32,000 bases of DNA from Candidatus Kuenenia stuttgartensis (lineage in GTDB: Bacteria > Planctomycetota > Brocadiia > Brocadiales > Brocadiaceae): contig NZ_LT934425.1 of assembly GCF_900232105.1 (NCBI RefSeq), positions 1,260,001 to 1,292,000 of the forward strand, read 5' to 3'. Each line of letters begins with the position of its first letter. Position 1 is the first letter of the stretch. Of the stretch, positions 27,725-32,000 are shown piece after piece. A program made the translations under genes and the position numbers. Below the pieces are notes generated by a model that saw nothing but the letters and a program-made list of their open reading frames with translations, did not search any database and was not told the DNA's origin.

Positions 27725-27941
27725 TTTATTTAAAATGCATATCCCTGCTCAAATGTCTTCCAAAACCTTCCCGCGTTTTTTTAACGCAGCATTTAAAAAA
27801 GGTATTTTAGTAAACTACCCTGAGCCTTAGTTCCCGTTCCTTATTTTTGCCGGAGACTGAGCGAAGTGAGGAATCCTAGGTGTTCTCGCCTTGGCAGAAA
27901 GGACAATTACAGGCACATTAAATTTTTCTATGTGCCTTATA

Positions 27942-29609
27942 TCATGTAATGTCCTCTTCTACCTGAATATTATAGGCATCGAGAATCGTTCCTTTTGCAG
28001 CTTCGAGACTACCACGAGATATTTCATAATCAGTGAGCGCCTTTGTTTCATTCCCTTCTGCGGTAGCTAAATCCTCCTGGGCGCGGAGAATTTCCAGACT
28101 GGTTGATCGTCCCACGCTGTATTTCTTTTCTTCGACTTCCAGTCTTTTTTGTGCTAATTCCCTCGCCTTTCTGGTGGCCATAACCCTTTCAATGTTCGTC
28201 ATTACTTCACGAACCGACCCTCTCACCTCTACAACAATATCCAGTTCTTTCTTTTTCACATTCAGGGCAGACTGTTCTTTACCAAGCTTTGCTTTTTTGT
28301 AGTCATTTCTGGCTGCCCTGTTACCAATAGGAACTTCAAAGGTCAGGGTGATAAATTCTCCCTGAAAATCCCCTGAAAATGTAGAGTCATGGGCACCATC
28401 AATGGTACCCCCAAGCCCTGAATAACGAACTCCACCGGTAAGATCCAATTTAGGAAATAGTTCATTCTTTTTCCTTCGTACTTCCATGCCCGCATTTTCG
28501 ACCTCTATTTGCAATTCCTTTAATTCAGGACGTTTCTCCATTGCAATTTTAATAGTCTCTTTCAGCGGAACTTCTTTTGGTTCGAATGTTGGTTTGTCAA
28601 CGGGAACAATTTCCACATCAGAAATAATCTCACTGTCTGCGAGATTCAGTATTCTTTTCAATTCATCTTCTTTGTCCCTGATTGCATTTTCGGCAGAAAT
28701 TATTGCTTCAACCCGTGACGCCACCCCCGACTCTGCTTCAATAATTTCGATGGGTGCAAGGGTTCCTGATTCTACCTCTATTTTATTCTTCCGCAGTAAA
28801 TCTTCCGCTCGTTCCAGAGATTTTTTTGCCACTTTCAAGTCCTCAATTGCCTTTACGAAATTCCAATATGCCTCTTGAACAGCATTAGAAACTTCAATAG
28901 CAGTGCTTTTAAATTGTGCGAATGATATCTTTTTATTATTTCTGGCGATATAAATGGGGCTTCGGTTATAAAACCAGCCGGCGCCTTTTAACAAAGGCTG
29001 AGTAATCTTTGCTTCTATGTAATTTGCATACGTTGGAGTAAGCAACGTAAACGCCTGCGGATCTACAAATTCCCGAAATAAATTGTATTCTAAAGAAAGA
29101 GTCGCGCCTGTAGGTATCAGTGATCGCAAGACAGCATTACCCGTCTTTCCTTCAGAAACGAAAGGGGTTGTCTCGGTAGTGGTTGTTTCTCCACTTACCA
29201 GTGCGCTGTTGCTGGGGGTTTTTTTGTTATTAATGCCTCCGGTTATCTCTAAGGTAGGATCAAATACCGACTTTTCTATTGCAATGTCGTGACCTCTTGC
29301 CTTCGTATCTAACCGTGATATCTCAATATCAAAATTATTTTTTAATGCATATACAATGCTGTCTTTCAGGCCGATATTCATAAACTTCAGATTTGAATGC
29401 ATTTCAACTGATGAAGACGATGCCGCCTGGGGCAATTTTTCGTCCACGTTTTTTGCCTCTCCGAAGACCATCTTTCCGTTGCAAAAAAAAAGGGCTGACA
29501 CGATGAGCAAACGATAAAGTGCCGTAAATATGTCCAGTTTTTTTGTAAATCTTTTCTCTGTTCCACGCACGACGGCCGCTATTTTGTCAAATATATTTCT
29601 TCTTCGCAT
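27942..29609 (-). CDS. TolC-family outer membrane protein
   Basis: N-terminal signal region, long alpha-helical repeats typical of OEP/TolC (NAVQEAYWNFVKAIEDLKVAKKSLERAEDLLRKNKIEVESGTLAPIEIIEAESGVASR; VGRSTSLEILRAQEDLATAEGNETKALTDYEISRGSLEAAKG). Confidence 0.92.
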   Translation of the reverse strand: MRRRNIFDKIAAVVRGTEKRFTKKLDIFTALYRLLIVSALFFCNGKMVFGEAKNVDEKLPQAASSSSVEMHSNLKFMNIGLKDSIVYALKNNFDIEISRLDTKARGHDIAIEKSVFDPTLEITGGINNKKTPSNSALVSGETTTTETTPFVSEGKTGNAVLRSLIPTGATLSLEYNLFREFVDPQAFTLLTPTYANYIEAKITQPLLKGAGWFYNRSPIYIARNNKKISFAQFKSTAIEVSNAVQEAYWNFVKAIEDLKVAKKSLERAEDLLRKNKIEVESGTLAPIEIIEAESGVASRVEAIISAENAIRDKEDELKRILNLADSEIISDVEIVPVDKPTFEPKEVPLKETIKIAMEKRPELKELQIEVENAGMEVRRKKNELFPKLDLTGGVRYSGLGGTIDGAHDSTFSGDFQGEFITLTFEVPIGNRAARNDYKKAKLGKEQSALNVKKKELDIVVEVRGSVREVMTNIERVMATRKARELAQKRLEVEEKKYSVGRSTSLEILRAQEDLATAEGNETKALTDYEISRGSLEAAKGTILDAYNIQVEEDIT

Positions 29610-29949
29610 AATATACCGATTAACTATTAAAATTTTTCCTTAACATTGTCATTTACATCAAATGAATTTTACGGGAAGCAATGCCCCGGAATTGATATTT
29701 GTATCTGTGAGGATTGAGCCATAGTACCTTTTTAAAAATTAATATTCAACCTAAATCCTGCAAACGATTTTCGCAATGCGAAAACCAGTATTTTCCACTA
29801 CCAAGATTGGCAAAAAGCGATAACAGATATCCGTTTTTTAGCAATTGTGGTAGCGCTATTGTACTACTTTAAACAAAAAGACATGGGAAATTGTCGGAAA
29901 CGTGCTCTCTGATGCAATGAAAATCAAGATAGGGATGTACTGTCTCCAT

Positions 29950-31394
29950 CTGCGGTATACTTACCACTCTCAAAAGACTAAAAAAACGAAATACAACGTC
30001 GGTTTTCTACTGAAAAACTACATCCAGTGACATGCGTTCCCACTTTTCCCATTCCTCCTGATGGAGAAATTTCTCCGGCAATTTTAATGTCATCTGCCGG
30101 CTTCTCTCCACCAGTTTCCCTGCCACACGGATTAACCACAGTCTCATCGTCTTTACTTCCCACTGTTGTATCACTCCACCACTGAGCAATCCCATCCACT
30201 TCAAAAGATTATACGCTAACACCGCACACTGAAATAGCGCAGCATTGGCCAAAAATTCACCCGTACGTATGTGCCCCGCATTCATCTGTCCTTTACTCTC
30301 TTCTATCAAAGTCTCGCAGGTAGCCCTCTTTCCATAACAACGATGCGCTTCCATCGGACTTAACCGCTCCGTTGTAACGTAACAAAAATACTCATACACG
30401 GACACTTCTACTAATTTCTTTTCTCTTTTGACCAATTGCCGCACTGCCACAAAACGTCTCGCACGATCCCACCCTGCACATCGATACCAAAATTCAGCCT
30501 GTTCCCATCCTGGCTCCCCTTTCACCTCATTCCATTTCTGCCCTTCAAGCAATCCTTCCAGATTCTTCAGCTTTACCTTAATCAGATATCCCGCCAATAT
30601 TGACTCAAGGTATTCAAGTAATTCTCCGGTAAAAAAACCGCTGTCTCCTCGAAATACCACCCTTACCCCCTTATTCATGTACGCCATACATTCCTTCATG
30701 AACTCTACTACTCCGTTACTCGTGTAGGCGCTTCCACAGCGGAACCAACTATGTAATACCTCCTTTGTTTCTGCAATAAATGCCATTAAGGGATGATACG
30801 CCTTCTGCCCCTTCTTGTGCGGATTATATCCTACCTCTGCACCCTCCTGTTTCCCATATACACCATCTACGGTAGAATCAACATCTATCCATACTTCGCA
30901 AAGAGCACTCCTGAGTTTATGGCCTGATCTCACCGCACGCTTCCATATCTTTCCCCTAAACCGGTGGATCACCCCCGTCAGTTCCACTATATCTCCCTGA
31001 CTCGCCAGCTTCATAATACGTCCTATCGTAGTATCTACAGGTACCTCTTTCCACCCGGACATCTTCTTCAATACCTCATCTGTACACACCTTCATCACCT
31101 CTACCATCGATGTCGCCCCTGCTATCAACCCTATCACTACCATTTGTACCGCATCGACAAACTGATACCGGGCATTTGCTCCACGATCCTTATGGACCGC
31201 TTCATGGACTCTCTCCCGGAACATCAGCTTACCCATAAAATTCAATACCGGTAAAAGCCCTGCATGTACCGTTAAGCCTTTCCCGCTCATCTCTGCCTTG
31301 ATTTTCGGTTGTCTTTTGCTGTATTTTTTTGCTATATTCTTCATCGAAATGGTGAATCTCCTTTCAGGTGTTTTTTGTTATCAATATACCGCCG
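29950..31394 (-). mobile_element. IS1380-like insertion sequence
   Basis: Intact transposase flanked by imperfect inverted repeats CTGCGGTATACTTACCAC (29950-29967) and its counterpart GTTATCAATATACCGCCG (31377-31394), 13/18 matching. No clear target duplication, so the ends are approximate. Confidence 0.7.
30007..31344 (-). CDS. IS1380-family transposase
   Basis: 445 aa. VWIDVDSTVDGVYGKQEGAEVGYNPHKKGQKAYHPLMAFIAETKEVL, RGDSGFFTGELLEYLE, RCYGKRATCETLIEESKGQM. Confidence 0.9.
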   Translation of the reverse strand: MKNIAKKYSKRQPKIKAEMSGKGLTVHAGLLPVLNFMGKLMFRERVHEAVHKDRGANARYQFVDAVQMVVIGLIAGATSMVEVMKVCTDEVLKKMSGWKEVPVDTTIGRIMKLASQGDIVELTGVIHRFRGKIWKRAVRSGHKLRSALCEVWIDVDSTVDGVYGKQEGAEVGYNPHKKGQKAYHPLMAFIAETKEVLHSWFRCGSAYTSNGVVEFMKECMAYMNKGVRVVFRGDSGFFTGELLEYLESILAGYLIKVKLKNLEGLLEGQKWNEVKGEPGWEQAEFWYRCAGWDRARRFVAVRQLVKREKKLVEVSVYEYFCYVTTERLSPMEAHRCYGKRATCETLIEESKGQMNAGHIRTGEFLANAALFQCAVLAYNLLKWMGLLSGGVIQQWEVKTMRLWLIRVAGKLVERSRQMTLKLPEKFLHQEEWEKWERMSLDVVFQ

Positions 31395-31428
31395 AATACC
31401 TTGGAAATCCTACCATTTCAATCCTATT

Positions 31429-31458
31429 CCTGCAACAAGGCTTTGCCTTGTTTGCAGG
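31429..31458. repeat. Hairpin-forming inverted repeat between the IS1380-like element and folE
   Basis: CCTGCAACAAGGC-TTT-GCCTTGTTTGCAGG. The arms are complementary apart from one bulged base. Confidence 0.75.
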
Positions 31459-31591
31459 ATTTAGGTTCAATGTAAAAGAATAGAGGCAAATGAGCAACAA
31501 TTTGAGAATTGAATATTGAACATTTGACCCAGTTTGCGGAACTTGGGAAAGAGCATTCTGCTTTTTCAAAAAACTAAAATATTACGGATTT

Positions 31592-32000
31592 TTAATGTCC
31601 CTTGATTAATGCCATAACTTCTGCACGGGTGGCGGGGTTATCGCGAAATATGCCCCTTACCACGGAGGTCAGCACCTTTGTGCCGGGTTTTTTTATTCCT
31701 CGCATGGTCATGCAGAGATGCTCTGCTTCAATAATGACGAGAACACCCTTGGGTTTTAATGCCTTCATGATAGATTCGGCAATATCTGTCGTAAGCCTTT
31801 CCTGTACCTGTGGCCGCCTTGCTTCAATATTAACCACTCTGGCAAGCTTACTGATGCCTGTTACCCTGTTCCCCTGGGGGATATAGGCAACATGGGAAAC
31901 TCCGCTGAAAGGAAGGAGGTGGTGTTCACACATGGAATAAAAAGGTATGTCTTTTAAAAGAACTATTTCGTCGTATTTTTCAGATTTTAATACCTTAATT
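31592..32000 (-). CDS. folE: GTP cyclohydrolase I, N-terminus beyond the window
   Basis: The frame continues upstream of the listed ATG: [56 protein letters not shown]...[10 protein letters not shown]. Zinc-site CEHH and CMTMRG are present. Confidence 0.97.
   Translation of the reverse strand, partial: IKVLKSEKYDEIVLLKDIPFYSMCEHHLLPFSGVSHVAYIPQGNRVTGISKLARVVNIEARRPQVQERLTTDIAESIMKALKPKGVLVIIEAEHLCMTMRGIKKPGTKVLTSVVRGIFRDNPATRAEVMALIKGH

Noticed and set aside
27645-27830. Plus-strand ORF (MVELADTPDSKSGHLHRW...)
   Set aside because: It overlaps the tRNA-Leu gene. This is the well-known spurious translation of tRNA-Leu sequence.
31381-31569. Minus-strand 62-aa ORF between the IS1380-like element and folE
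   Set aside because: It covers the proposed IS right end and a hairpin repeat. Its translation has no recognisable features.

Overview
The window is mostly ordinary bacterial chromosome. The gene content (secreted MsrA, ladder of fatty-acid and lipid A genes, bacteriohemerythrin, dispersed intergenic repeats) suggests a planctomycete or anammox-like genome, but that lineage call is inference. On the minus strand at the left are a TenA/PqqC-like fragment, a bacteriohemerythrin and a sigma-54 two-component pair. Then come gltX, thpR-recA-alaS, a lipid block (rpmF-plsX-fabH-fabD-acpP-fabF, lpxD, glmS), msrA (minus), cysC, a GDP-L-fucose-synthase-like epimerase, an IS4/IS701-type insertion sequence, a coiled-coil secreted protein, a PSP1/RicT protein overlapping metG, an M48 lipoprotein protease, tRNA-Leu(CAA), a TolC-family protein, an IS1380-like element, and folE truncated by the window end. 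I found no convincing new multi-gene system. The best second-look items are: (1) a GluRS that appears to lack the roughly 30-residue zinc-binding segment between the catalytic motifs; (2) an IS with nested or multiple copies of its terminal 16-17-mer, one of which encodes the transposase C-terminus; (3) a noncoding repeat shared almost exactly between 3781-3860 and 15115-15196, next to a perfect 19-bp inverted repeat and with a partial reverse-oriented relative at about 5400; (4) a cysteine-rich PAS region in the histidine kinase; (5) possible structured leaders upstream of cysC and gltX.
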